A DNA stretch of 19,016 nt from Candidatus Heimdallarchaeota archaeon. GTDB lineage: Archaea; Asgardarchaeota; Heimdallarchaeia; Heimdallarchaeales; Kariarchaeaceae. The stretch lies in the NCBI GenBank assembly GCA_015523565.1, contig WAKA01000117.1:1-19016 (forward strand), in the 5' to 3' direction. The notes under the pieces are model-generated. The model did not search any database and was not told the DNA's origin. It saw only the letters and a list, made by a program, of their open reading frames with translations. The translations under genes were made by a program, and so were the position numbers. Shown piece by piece: positions 9,471 through 18,723 of this stretch (position 1 is its first letter; each line of letters opens with the position of its first letter).

Positions 9471-10670
9471 ATGAAACGCACAACAATCACTCTAACCTTC
9501 GGGGTTTTGTTTCTGATGCTTCTTTCTTCTTTTGCAATTGGGCATGCAGAAAGAGTACAGAATGACTATGGTCTTGACCAAGCAAGTTCTTATGATCATC
9601 GCTTAGTCAAGAAGGATATTTCCTTTGGAATCAGAACAAAAGTAATCAAAGGAGAAAATGACCAAGGTGTTCAATTGGTATTCTCTCAATCTGGCTTAAG
9701 GAGATTCACTAATATCACTAGGGGTTTTGGCAATGTAACCTTCCCAACTAACGATACTGCATACATTGTTGGTGAAGGAAACAACACAGTTACAACAACA
9801 ACCAGATTTGTAAAAACTTTTATCCAAAGGGATGAATATGTCGAGAATGTAACTGTCGGAAAACGAATAAGAAAAACTGGTGGTGATACTATTGGTGGTA
9901 CTCCACAAACAATCCAAGTTGACAAGACTTATCAACTTCCAGCCAGCTACGACGAGTTGGCTTCAAATTCAAACTATACCCAAAGGCAAAGGCGTGGGCT
10001 CACTATCTTTATTTCAAGAACTGGTGAACTCGTTGATGTTCCCGTCAATGATTCCAACGGTCAAGAAATTGGTCGAGTTGTTGCCTTTAAATTCCATATT
10101 CATGTCGCAGCATTCTTTGAAGATACAAAAGAATTTGTTGCAAATTATGAGTCCTTTGAATTTGGTTTCGGAAATATGATCCCACAACAAGTTAAGGATC
10201 ATGTCAAAAACGGAACTTCTGCACAAAAAAGATTGCACAAGGGTGTTGCAGGCGCTGCCAGACTCAATGCAACAAAACCACTTGTTGAATGGATCAATCT
10301 AGGATACAACTCCACGTATGACCTCAATATGAGCATGGGTCTTTTCAATTTCAATAGGAAAGCAAAACTATTGCTTATGGTTCCTATTGGCAGAGAAAGA
10401 AGCAGACCTGGTGAATTGGCATTGCAACAAAGCCTTACAACTGATTTTGAAGGTCTTATCGATCAATATGCACAAGCTAATGAACTGAGTGAACTCGACA
10501 GCATGGAAGTTGACGATCTTGACTTGTCATTGGTGGATGAAGTGGTAAGTGTCGAAAACATCGACTTGGACTCTCTAGCCTCAAATGGAAAAAGCTTACC
10601 ATTCAATTTCCTTGCTTCCCTCCTTGCTTTGTTTGTTGCAATTCCGATCATCCGAAAATTCAGGAACTAA
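9471..10670 (+). CDS. Secreted, C-terminally anchored surface glycoprotein of unknown function
   Basis: Starting at ATG 9471 gives a typical signal peptide (MKR + hydrophobic stretch + GHA). 11 N-x-S/T sequons, no Cys, an acidic linker, then an LPF motif + TM helix + RKFRN tail. The upstream ATG 9405 would bury the signal peptide. Confidence 0.85.
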   Translation: MKRTTITLTFGVLFLMLLSSFAIGHAERVQNDYGLDQASSYDHRLVKKDISFGIRTKVIKGENDQGVQLVFSQSGLRRFTNITRGFGNVTFPTNDTAYIVGEGNNTVTTTTRFVKTFIQRDEYVENVTVGKRIRKTGGDTIGGTPQTIQVDKTYQLPASYDELASNSNYTQRQRRGLTIFISRTGELVDVPVNDSNGQEIGRVVAFKFHIHVAAFFEDTKEFVANYESFEFGFGNMIPQQVKDHVKNGTSAQKRLHKGVAGAARLNATKPLVEWINLGYNSTYDLNMSMGLFNFNRKAKLLLMVPIGRERSRPGELALQQSLTTDFEGLIDQYAQANELSELDSMEVDDLDLSLVDEVVSVENIDLDSLASNGKSLPFNFLASLLALFVAIPIIRKFRN

Positions 10671-10693
10671 TGTCTTTAACAAGGGCTAAATAG

Positions 10694-10701
10694 TTATAAT
10701 A
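10694..10701 (+). promoter_or_regulatory. Putative TATA box for rfcL
   Basis: TTATAATA lies 22-29 nt upstream of GTG 10723. No SD is present. Confidence 0.45.
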
Positions 10702-10722
10702 TCATAAAAAAAAGAAAATTTA

Positions 10723-12291
10723 GTGTCACAGCAAGTTCAATATATCCAATTAGTTGAAAAATATCGACCCAAAACAAAAAGCGAGCTTGTTGGAAATAAA
10801 AGTGCCATTGATCGCATTGATCGTTTCCTGTCTGAATGGAGCCCCAATAAAAAACCAAAAGCTATTCTATTGGTTGGTCCTCCCGGGATTGGAAAAACAA
10901 CAGCAGTCTATGCTCTCGCAAATGACCATAATTTGGATGTCATTGAATTTAATGCATCTGATAATAGGAATAAAAAAGACCTTCTCGAATTTGTTCAGCC
11001 ACTCACAGAATATGAAAATTTATTCTTGGATAAAGGAAAGGTCATTTTGATTGATGAAGTGGACGGTCTGTCGGGACAAAAAGACAGGGGGGCAGTTCCT
11101 ACTTTAAAGACTCTGATAAAAAATACAAGATATCCCATCATTCTCTGCGCCAATGATATTGAAGATTCAAAAGTTCAATCTCTTGCCTCGTCGATCCCGC
11201 TTGTCCAATTCTCTAGACCCGATGAATTTACCATCTTTGAACTTCTTGAAAGAATTGCAAAGAAAGAAGGAATCATGATTGAAGAAGCGCAACTGCAAGT
11301 TATTGCTGAAAGTGCCGCAGGGGATATCCGGGCGGCTCTTAATGAACTTGAATCTTTCAGTTTCGGAAAAGATACATCATATGTGCCTCCTTCAAGAAAT
11401 AAAATGAAAAATTGGGTTGACTATTTCAATGGTATCTTCTTTGCAAGATCCGTTGAGGAAGCCAAAAGAGCAACACAAAACCCCCCTGCTAGTGATTATC
11501 GAATGATTCTTAACTATCTTTTTGATCTGACATGTCGATATGTTAAAACTCCTGAAGAATTGGATCTTGCTTACTCTGTGCTTGCAGAAGCTGATCTTGT
11601 CTTGGCAAGAATCAACAAGACTCTTGATTGGGGACTTCTGAAGTATTTCTTCGAATTGATCGGTCCTGGTTTGTATTTTGCACGAAAATCTCGATCTGGA
11701 AAACGTCTCACATCGATTAACAAATTACCTTCTGCCTTCTTTGCAATTGGAAGAGGAAAAATGATAAACAAACTTGCATTTGAGCTTGCTGATGTGGTTG
11801 CTCCTAAGCTCCATCTTGGCAAAAAAGAATTCATTTACAATGAGTTTCCTTATTTGATGAAATTAATGCGTGGAAAAACTGGTGCTATGATCGTTGCTTG
11901 GTTGGATTTAGATGACTCAGTCATTGAAAAAATAACAAAATACAACAAAGATTACTCACTTCTTGATTATCTTGATGAGGCACGATCACTGATTGGGAAA
12001 TCACGTATTAATGACGCTAATAATGACGAACCTCTGTCCGATAATGCAGTTGGTGAACTTCTTAAATCAAGGATATTCGAACCAATTCCTGAAATCAAAA
12101 AGAAGAAAACAAAAAGAAAAAAAAGCGGAAAATCAGACAAAAAGGGTTCCAAAAAAGAAAAAACAGATCCAGAAAAAGCAAAACAAAAAGATGCCCCTTC
12201 CCAATCCACATTGACTGAACAAAAGACAAAACCAGAAGAAACAAAAGACAAACCTGATGACAAGCAATCTTCCTTGGATGACTTCTTCTAG
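10723..12291 (+). CDS. rfcL: Replication factor C large subunit (clamp loader)
   Basis: VEKYRPKT (RFC box II), Walker A GPPGIGKT, EFNASD, Walker B IDEVDG, GDIRAALN, a Lys-rich tail and a canonical C-terminal PIP box QSSLDDFF (12265-12288). Confidence 0.95.
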   Translation: MSQQVQYIQLVEKYRPKTKSELVGNKSAIDRIDRFLSEWSPNKKPKAILLVGPPGIGKTTAVYALANDHNLDVIEFNASDNRNKKDLLEFVQPLTEYENLFLDKGKVILIDEVDGLSGQKDRGAVPTLKTLIKNTRYPIILCANDIEDSKVQSLASSIPLVQFSRPDEFTIFELLERIAKKEGIMIEEAQLQVIAESAAGDIRAALNELESFSFGKDTSYVPPSRNKMKNWVDYFNGIFFARSVEEAKRATQNPPASDYRMILNYLFDLTCRYVKTPEELDLAYSVLAEADLVLARINKTLDWGLLKYFFELIGPGLYFARKSRSGKRLTSINKLPSAFFAIGRGKMINKLAFELADVVAPKLHLGKKEFIYNEFPYLMKLMRGKTGAMIVAWLDLDDSVIEKITKYNKDYSLLDYLDEARSLIGKSRINDANNDEPLSDNAVGELLKSRIFEPIPEIKKKKTKRKKSGKSDKKGSKKEKTDPEKAKQKDAPSQSTLTEQKTKPEETKDKPDDKQSSLDDFF

Positions 12292-12295
12292 TGTC

Positions 12296-13063
12296 CTAAT
12301 TGTTTAGCATCCCTTCCCGCTTTCGGTATTCCCTATAATTTTTAATCTTGTCGAAATCCAATTCCCCTTGTACAATTCCGTCTCTGTTTGGCAATACAAA
12401 AAAATCCTCTAATCTTTTAATTTTCTCATTCTTAACGGATGGATCCACAATTGAACTTGCAAATCCTGTAGTCACATTTTCTAAACCCGGATGATCTGAT
12501 ACAACAATTGGTATAACAAACTCTCTCGATCTAGTTAATGTCAGTGAATACCATTGAAATTTTGCATAGTATTCATGGTTAGGCAATGTTACAGTCATGG
12601 CAGGAACTATCAATATATCTATTCCTACAGATGTCAAACGTTTGATTGTCATATATTGCCATAAATCTGCACAGATGACAACACCGTACCTAATGCCTTT
12701 TTGTGTCTCAAAAATTTTGACGTTTTCCTTCCCTTTTATTCCCCTCTCTCTTTCATGTGCCATTGGACTAAATTTTGGAATTAATTGTATTTCATTTTCC
12801 GTATTCACCACTATTGCCATATTATGGATCTTTCCATTTTCTTTGATAATTCCTGTTCCAAAAACAAGTGGCGGATGTTTTGGCAATGTATCCAGTATAT
12901 TTTTTATTTCTTCAATTTTGATCGGTTTCTTTCCCCACGCATATTCTGGCAATACTGAAATGTCCGCACCATATTCATTCACTTTGCTTATCACTTTCTT
13001 AATCCATGCTTCCATCTGCTGATTGCCTTTTAGAAAAGGAAATGTCACAAATCTTCCTTTCAC
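12296..13063 (-). CDS. Carbon-nitrogen hydrolase (nitrilase superfamily)
   Basis: Glu-Lys-Cys triad contexts VLPEY, IPKF and VICADLW, plus GIDILIVPA. Substrate unknown. TTAAATA on the minus strand at 13086-13092 sits at TATA distance from GTG 13063. Confidence 0.88.
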   Translation of the reverse strand: MKGRFVTFPFLKGNQQMEAWIKKVISKVNEYGADISVLPEYAWGKKPIKIEEIKNILDTLPKHPPLVFGTGIIKENGKIHNMAIVVNTENEIQLIPKFSPMAHERERGIKGKENVKIFETQKGIRYGVVICADLWQYMTIKRLTSVGIDILIVPAMTVTLPNHEYYAKFQWYSLTLTRSREFVIPIVVSDHPGLENVTTGFASSIVDPSVKNEKIKRLEDFFVLPNRDGIVQGELDFDKIKNYREYRKREGMLNN

Positions 13064-13194
13064 ACATCTTGTTGTCTTTATTGACTATTTAATCACTCGC
13101 CAATGTAAGGTTAAACATTTCCCTTTTTATCTAGTGTAAAATAATATCTTTATTTTCTGCTAATTATTTATTTCAGAAATTATTGCTTTGATTT

Positions 13195-13305
13195 TTAAGG
13201 GCTTTTTTACTTTAGTTTGAAAATTATTGTTCTACAACGATCAAAATTACAAAAACATGAATTTTTTTAATATTTCGTCTTCATGTTTTTAAATCAAGCC
13301 CTTAA
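13195..13305. repeat. Nested inverted-repeat element in the hydrolase/sdh divergent intergenic region
   Basis: Perfect 10-bp IR TTAAGGGCTT (13195-13204) / AAGCCCTTAA (13296-13305) encloses a perfect 11-bp IR AAAAACATGAA (13251-13261) / TTCATGTTTTT (13280-13290). Confidence 0.7.
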
Positions 13306-13329
13306 TGTTTGATTAGTAGGCGAGAGATT

Positions 13330-14148
13330 ATGATCGAACTGAATGTTGTTCAGCCACGAACTTACCGTCCAGATAAATGGTGGGTTGAGCCGTTTGCAAT
13401 GGCTCTTTATTTTGTTTTCTTCACCATTTATGTGATATATGTAACATTGGTCGCTCCTCTCGAAGAAAGTATACAGGAATGGGATACCAGCAGTGCAGGT
13501 GTTAATTACATCAGCCCATTTTTCTCTCCTGATCTCAAAAAATTCTTCGGGATTGATACTCCTGTTGTGAACATCCCTGGGATTGGCGACTGGAAAGTTT
13601 CTCCTGCCCTTTTGCTTATTTGGGCTCCATTGGGTTTTAGGGCAACTTGTTACTATGGAAGGAAGGTTATTTACAGAAGCTTTTTCTGGAGCCCTCCAGC
13701 TTGTGCAGTTGATGGGTTTGCCATGAGAAAAGGAAAATACAAGGGCGACGGACCTGGAATATTTGCTATTGTCCATCTTCACCGTTATTTCTTCTATTTG
13801 GCTTTTATCCTTGCTGTTTTCCATTGGATCGACACTTTCTTTGCAATGCAATTTCGTGCTTCTGATGGTTCGTTAGCCTATGGTATCGGAATTGGAACTT
13901 TACTGAGTGCTCTTGATGCATTATTCTTGACATTATACGTCATCAGTTGCCATTCATTCCGGCATTTGATGGGTGGTGGTGCTAACACTCCTGGAACAAT
14001 TCGTTACTGGCTCTGGTCAAAGATCTCTAAACTAAATAAATATCATGGACTTTGGTTCTGGTTGTCATTGTTCATGATTGTCATTGTTGATGTCTATTTC
14101 CGATTGGTGGCAACAGGCACAATAACAGAAGTGAGGTGGTTGTTCTAA
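13330..14148 (+). CDS. Membrane anchor subunit of Sdh1-like (type F) succinate dehydrogenase, Rv0249c-like
   Basis: Multi-TM protein with RPDKWW, ISPFFSP, PLGFRATCYYGRKVIYRSFFWSPPACAV, HRYFFY and SCHSFRH, recalled as hallmarks of the mycobacterial Sdh1 anchor. Coupled to sdhA by a TAATG overlap. ATG 13330 preferred (AGGCGA at 13318-13323). Confidence 0.85.
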   Translation: MIELNVVQPRTYRPDKWWVEPFAMALYFVFFTIYVIYVTLVAPLEESIQEWDTSSAGVNYISPFFSPDLKKFFGIDTPVVNIPGIGDWKVSPALLLIWAPLGFRATCYYGRKVIYRSFFWSPPACAVDGFAMRKGKYKGDGPGIFAIVHLHRYFFYLAFILAVFHWIDTFFAMQFRASDGSLAYGIGIGTLLSALDALFLTLYVISCHSFRHLMGGGANTPGTIRYWLWSKISKLNKYHGLWFWLSLFMIVIVDVYFRLVATGTITEVRWLF

Positions 14149-15980
14149 TGGGATACAATGTTGATGAAGAACTGAAAAAAGTTCAGAAAAAGGAATATGA
14201 TGTTCTAATTATTGGTGCAGGTGGTGCTGGACTCCGCGCTGCTATTGCAGCTGCAGAAGCAGGTGTAAATGTTGGAATTGTCACGAAATCACTTCTCGGA
14301 AAAGCTCATACAGTAATGGCAGAAGGTGGTGCTGCTGCCGCCCTTGGAAATGTCGATTCAAGGGACAATTGGAAAGTGCATTTTAGGGACACCATGAAAG
14401 GTGGTAAATACCACAACAACTGGAAGATGGTGGAAATCTTTGCAAAGCAAGCTCCTGATAGAATTCGTGAATTGGAGCTTTATGGAGCTGTCTTTGACAG
14501 AACTGAAGAAGGCAAGATAAAACAAAGGAACTTTGGTGGTCATAAGTTTCCACGACTTGCCCATGTCGGGGATCGCACTGGTCTTGAAATGATAAGAACA
14601 CTACAAGATAAGGCAATCCATTATCCAACTCTTCATGTGGAAATGGAAACCACAATCACCAAACTGTTTGTTGAAAATGGAGAGGTGAAGGGTGCTTTTG
14701 GTTACAACAGGCAAACTGGAAACTTAATCGTCTACTCGGCAAAGTCGGTTATTATTGCCACTGGTGGGTTCGGCAAAGTATTCCGTGTCACCTCAAACAG
14801 TTGGGAGTTGACTGGGGACGGCGAATCCCTCGCTTACAGGGAAGGCGTTGAACTTACCGATATGGAATTCATACAATTCCATCCAACAGGCATGGTTTAC
14901 CCAAATTCTGTTAAAGGAACGCTGGTCACTGAAGGTGTTCGTGGTGAAGGTGGAATCCTGAAAAATATAAATGGCGAACGGTTTATGTTCAGGTACATCC
15001 CTGAAATGTTCAAAGATGATTATGCAGAAACAGAGGAGGAGGCAGAACGTTGGTTTAAAGGTGACCCCAATGCTAGAAGACCTCCTGAACTTCTTACTAG
15101 GGATGTGGTAGCTAAGGCAATCAGGGCAGAGGTAAAAGCAGGTCGAGGATCGCCCCATGGTGGTGCATTCTTGGATATTGCATCTAGAAGAACTCCTGAA
15201 GAAATAAAAAGGGTACTCCCAAGTATGTATCATCAATTCCTGAAATTGGCTAAACTTGACATTACAAAAGAACCAATGGAGGTTGGACCTACTGCACACT
15301 ATGCAATGGGTGGTATTAGGGTTGATGGTGAAACCCAAGAAACCAATATCAAGGGGATTTTTGCAGCAGGTGAAGTGTCTGCTGGATTGCATGGGGCCAA
15401 TCGCCTTGGTGGAAATTCCCTTACTGATCTGATTGTCTTTGGAAAAATAGCTGGCGACTATGCCGCTAAAAGGGCAAAAGATGCATCCCTAAAATCAATA
15501 TCTGATGAGGAAATCAAAGAGGCAATTGATTTTACTCTCAAACCGTTTGACGATAGCAATAATGAGGATCCATATCAACTACACGCTGAATTGAAAGAAC
15601 TGATGGAAGAATATGTTGGAATTGTCAGAACTGAAGAGGGCTTGAAAACTGCTATTGAAAAGTTGAAGGATATGCTGAAACGAGCTGACAAACTCAAGGC
15701 TGTCGGCGATACCAGAAAATACAATTCCTCATGGCATCAAGCTCTAGATATTAAAAATATGATTACAGTTGCATTAATCATTGCTACTGCCGCTCTTCAA
15801 AGAAAAGAGAGCCGAGGTGCACATACAAGGGAGGATTTCCCTGAAACTGACGAATCCTTGACTAATGTTCTTTATGTCATATCAAAAGGTGATGATGGCT
15901 TTCCAAAGGTTTCAGAAGCCACATATCCCCCTATGCCTGAAGAACTCAAGCAGGCGATGAAGGAAGCAGAGGAGGCATAA
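14148..15980 (+). CDS. sdhA: Succinate dehydrogenase/fumarate reductase flavoprotein subunit
   Basis: GAGGAG Rossmann motif, AHTVMAEGG (covalent FAD His), QFHPTG, TEGVRGEG, RDVV, HYAMGG, HGANRLGGNSL, ESRGAH. ATG 14148 has SD GAGGTG at 14133-14138. Confidence 0.96.
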   Translation: MGYNVDEELKKVQKKEYDVLIIGAGGAGLRAAIAAAEAGVNVGIVTKSLLGKAHTVMAEGGAAAALGNVDSRDNWKVHFRDTMKGGKYHNNWKMVEIFAKQAPDRIRELELYGAVFDRTEEGKIKQRNFGGHKFPRLAHVGDRTGLEMIRTLQDKAIHYPTLHVEMETTITKLFVENGEVKGAFGYNRQTGNLIVYSAKSVIIATGGFGKVFRVTSNSWELTGDGESLAYREGVELTDMEFIQFHPTGMVYPNSVKGTLVTEGVRGEGGILKNINGERFMFRYIPEMFKDDYAETEEEAERWFKGDPNARRPPELLTRDVVAKAIRAEVKAGRGSPHGGAFLDIASRRTPEEIKRVLPSMYHQFLKLAKLDITKEPMEVGPTAHYAMGGIRVDGETQETNIKGIFAAGEVSAGLHGANRLGGNSLTDLIVFGKIAGDYAAKRAKDASLKSISDEEIKEAIDFTLKPFDDSNNEDPYQLHAELKELMEEYVGIVRTEEGLKTAIEKLKDMLKRADKLKAVGDTRKYNSSWHQALDIKNMITVALIIATAALQRKESRGAHTREDFPETDESLTNVLYVISKGDDGFPKVSEATYPPMPEELKQAMKEAEEA

Positions 15981-15982
15981 GG

Positions 15983-16774
15983 ATGTCCGTAGAAGAGAAA
16001 AAAATAGATGTCTACTCTGGTGCTGTCTTGGATCGCAAAAAGAAAATTCGTATCCAAAGAGGGTCTCCAGAAACAGGTATTGAAATGGTTGAATATGACG
16101 TAGAGTATGACCACACTGAAGTTGTTCTAGACATCGTCCACCGTGTTCAAGCAGAATTTGCTCCTGATTTGGCAGTCCGCTGGAATTGCAAGGCTGGAAA
16201 GTGTGGTTCTTGCTCAGCCGAAATCAATGGCATGCCAAAACTAATGTGCATGACCAAGATGATCGATTATGATGACGTAGATGTTCTTGAAATACGTCCC
16301 ATGAGAACTTTTCCAGTTATCAAAGACCTTGTAACTGATGTAAGCTGGAATTTCGAAGTGAATAAACGAATTAAACCATTTAAGCCCCCTGAAGGACTTA
16401 AAGAACTAACCATGCAACAGAAACATGTTGATAGGGTACAAGAATATAGGAAATGCATCGAATGCTTCCTATGCCAAAATACCTGTCATGTACTTAGAAC
16501 ACATCAAAAGACCAATGAATTTGCTGGTCCACGCTTCATGATTAGATTGGCATCATTGGAAATGCATCCAATGGATACCGAAGAAAACCGTCTGAAAGAA
16601 ATCAAGGACGACTTTGGTGTCATGATGTGCAATATCACTCGATGTTGTACTGAAGTATGCCCTGAAGAAATCAACATAACTGACAATGGTATTATCCCAT
16701 TAAAGGAAAGAGTAATTGGCGAGTTCTATGACCCATTGGCAAAAGCAATCTCATGGGTCAAAAAATTACTTTAA
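15983..16774 (+). CDS. sdhB: Succinate dehydrogenase/fumarate reductase iron-sulfur subunit
   Basis: Cluster motifs CKAGKCGSC...C, CIECFLCQNTC and CNITRCCTEVCP. SD GGAGG at 15971-15975. Confidence 0.96.
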   Translation: MSVEEKKIDVYSGAVLDRKKKIRIQRGSPETGIEMVEYDVEYDHTEVVLDIVHRVQAEFAPDLAVRWNCKAGKCGSCSAEINGMPKLMCMTKMIDYDDVDVLEIRPMRTFPVIKDLVTDVSWNFEVNKRIKPFKPPEGLKELTMQQKHVDRVQEYRKCIECFLCQNTCHVLRTHQKTNEFAGPRFMIRLASLEMHPMDTEENRLKEIKDDFGVMMCNITRCCTEVCPEEINITDNGIIPLKERVIGEFYDPLAKAISWVKKLL

Positions 16775-18621
16775 TTTGACAATCTTCGGTTCAAAAATTC
16801 TGTAAATAATTTCATTGATCTAATTCTTCCCTTTATATCACTCATTGCTCCATGTCCCTCATCTGTATATTCTACAAACTCAAAATCTCCATCTGGACCT
16901 TCTTTTCTTCCAAGTTTCAATAATCTGTCTCTGACATTTCGTGATTCTGTAACTGGACATCGTGGATCATTTGTTCCATGTACCAAAAGCAATGGCGCCT
17001 TTATGTTCTCCACATAATTCAAGGGTGACCTTTCTTCCCACAGCTCTGCATCTTCCACTGGATCACCCATTTGCATTCTCAAGAAATACTTGAAATGTGG
17101 CATTGACTTTTCATACATGTTCTTCAGATGTGATACTGGAACCCAAGCACATCCTGCTGCCCACAAATCTGGTGATTTGGTTAAACAAACTAAAGTTGCA
17201 TATCCTCCATAACTTCCACCAAATACTGCAACTCGGTTTGGATCCACACTATAGTTGTCTATGATATATTGCCTTCCTGCAACCCAATCATCATGATCTT
17301 TGCCACCCCAATCTTTCAAACATGCATCCCTGAATTCCACTCCATATCCTGTACTCCCTCTTACATTTGGTAGTAACACTACATACCCCAAATCTGCCAA
17401 ATATTGTGCCATCATGCTGAAGTTAAGGAAGTACTGTCCTGTAGGTCCCCCATGCGGAAGAACAATTGCAGGATACTTAAATGTTGGATCAAAATCCCTC
17501 GGTTTATAGAGAATCGCAGGAATCATTGTTCCATCTAAACTAGGATACCAGATGTGCTCCCCATTCACAAATAATGAGGGATCAATTCCTTTCGTATCTG
17601 TATTCAATAATGTTTCATAATTTTCTGTTTCCAAATCATACATTATCAATTTTGAAGGCATCGTAGGGGTGTTAATTGTCAAAAACAAGTACCTGTCATC
17701 CTTCAATTGGGAACCTGCCGCTATTCCCTTTGGAAAGTTCAATTGCCTTGATTTTCCTGTTTCAATGTCAAAGATGACTGGTGAAATCGACCCATCGACA
17801 TTTTGCATTGCCACCAAAAATTTACCATTGTCACTGAATTTAGCGGCATATTGCTCATGTTTGCCATCACCAAGAATTCTAATTTCTTTTGTTTCAACAT
17901 TGTAAATCCCTGGCTGGGCAACCCCACTTGCATCTGTTGTAAAGGCAATGAATTTACCATCCTTTGACCAATCTGCAAATGAATCATTGCTTCCAATTTT
18001 CATCTGGATTATTCGCTTGGTTTCTGTCCCATCTACTTTTGCAATATAAATGTCTGAATTTCTGAGATCTTTCTCCTCGTTCGTCCCATAAACTACATAT
18101 TCTCCATCTGGTGAAAATTTTCCGCCAAATGCAGGATTTTCATGTGCCGTGATCTGTTCAACAGTTTCTCCGTCGGTTGAAATCCTGAAAACATTCATTT
18201 GCCCATTCCTGTTGCTCGTGATGGAATACCATTTGCCATCTGGGGATGAATCAACAATGTATTCCTGAAATTCTGGAGTATCTGTCAACATTGTAACTTC
18301 GCTTGTCTCAATATCTATACTGTGGATATTGTGCTGTTCATCTCCGTCTTTATCCTTGGCGAACAAGATGCTTTTATCATCCCTAGCCCAAATAAATCCT
18401 GCCCTTAGGGTCTTTGGAACCTCTCCATGCGAAATCTGTTTAATTTCTTTTGTCGCTAGATCCATAATATATAACTCAATCCTTCCTGTTTTATCCCAAT
18501 AAAATGCTAGCTTGTCTTTTGCATGATTAAGAGTGGGCATATAGAAACTTGGCATCGATGCCAATGTCTCTAGATCAAAATTGCCTTTTTCCTTAATTGG
18601 AGCCAACTTCTGTGCTTCCAT
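16771..18621 (-). CDS. S9-family serine peptidase (acylaminoacyl/dipeptidyl aminopeptidase-like)
   Basis: N-terminal beta-propeller repeats (SPDG, SKDG), HGGP, NVRGSTGYG, nucleophile GGSYGG, Asp in NDPRC, His in DEGHG. Confidence 0.93.
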   Translation of the reverse strand: MEAQKLAPIKEKGNFDLETLASMPSFYMPTLNHAKDKLAFYWDKTGRIELYIMDLATKEIKQISHGEVPKTLRAGFIWARDDKSILFAKDKDGDEQHNIHSIDIETSEVTMLTDTPEFQEYIVDSSPDGKWYSITSNRNGQMNVFRISTDGETVEQITAHENPAFGGKFSPDGEYVVYGTNEEKDLRNSDIYIAKVDGTETKRIIQMKIGSNDSFADWSKDGKFIAFTTDASGVAQPGIYNVETKEIRILGDGKHEQYAAKFSDNGKFLVAMQNVDGSISPVIFDIETGKSRQLNFPKGIAAGSQLKDDRYLFLTINTPTMPSKLIMYDLETENYETLLNTDTKGIDPSLFVNGEHIWYPSLDGTMIPAILYKPRDFDPTFKYPAIVLPHGGPTGQYFLNFSMMAQYLADLGYVVLLPNVRGSTGYGVEFRDACLKDWGGKDHDDWVAGRQYIIDNYSVDPNRVAVFGGSYGGYATLVCLTKSPDLWAAGCAWVPVSHLKNMYEKSMPHFKYFLRMQMGDPVEDAELWEERSPLNYVENIKAPLLLVHGTNDPRCPVTESRNVRDRLLKLGRKEGPDGDFEFVEYTDEGHGAMSDIKGRIRSMKLFTEFLNRRLSN

Positions 18622-18691
18622 GTTTTTTAATCTACAATGCTAAAATAAATATTCGCCTATAGATTAAATCAATTTGAACATTCAAAATTGG

Positions 18692-18699
18692 TTTAATTA
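18692..18699 (+). promoter_or_regulatory. Putative TATA box for the metG leader transcript
   Basis: TTTAATTA preceded by a BRE-like CAAAATTGG, 25-32 nt upstream of ATG 18724. Confidence 0.4.
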
Positions 18700-18723
18700 T
18701 GCCTTAAATTGATCTGGCAAAAA

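Noticed and set aside
12090-12260. Short A-rich direct repeats (e.g. AAAAGACAAA twice) at the rfcL 3' end
   Set aside because: By-product of a low-complexity Lys-rich tail.
13294-13851. 185-aa minus-strand ORF
   Set aside because: Antisense to the well-supported Sdh anchor gene, with no motifs.
14793-15392. 199-aa Cys/Phe-rich minus-strand ORF
   Set aside because: Antisense shadow of sdhA.
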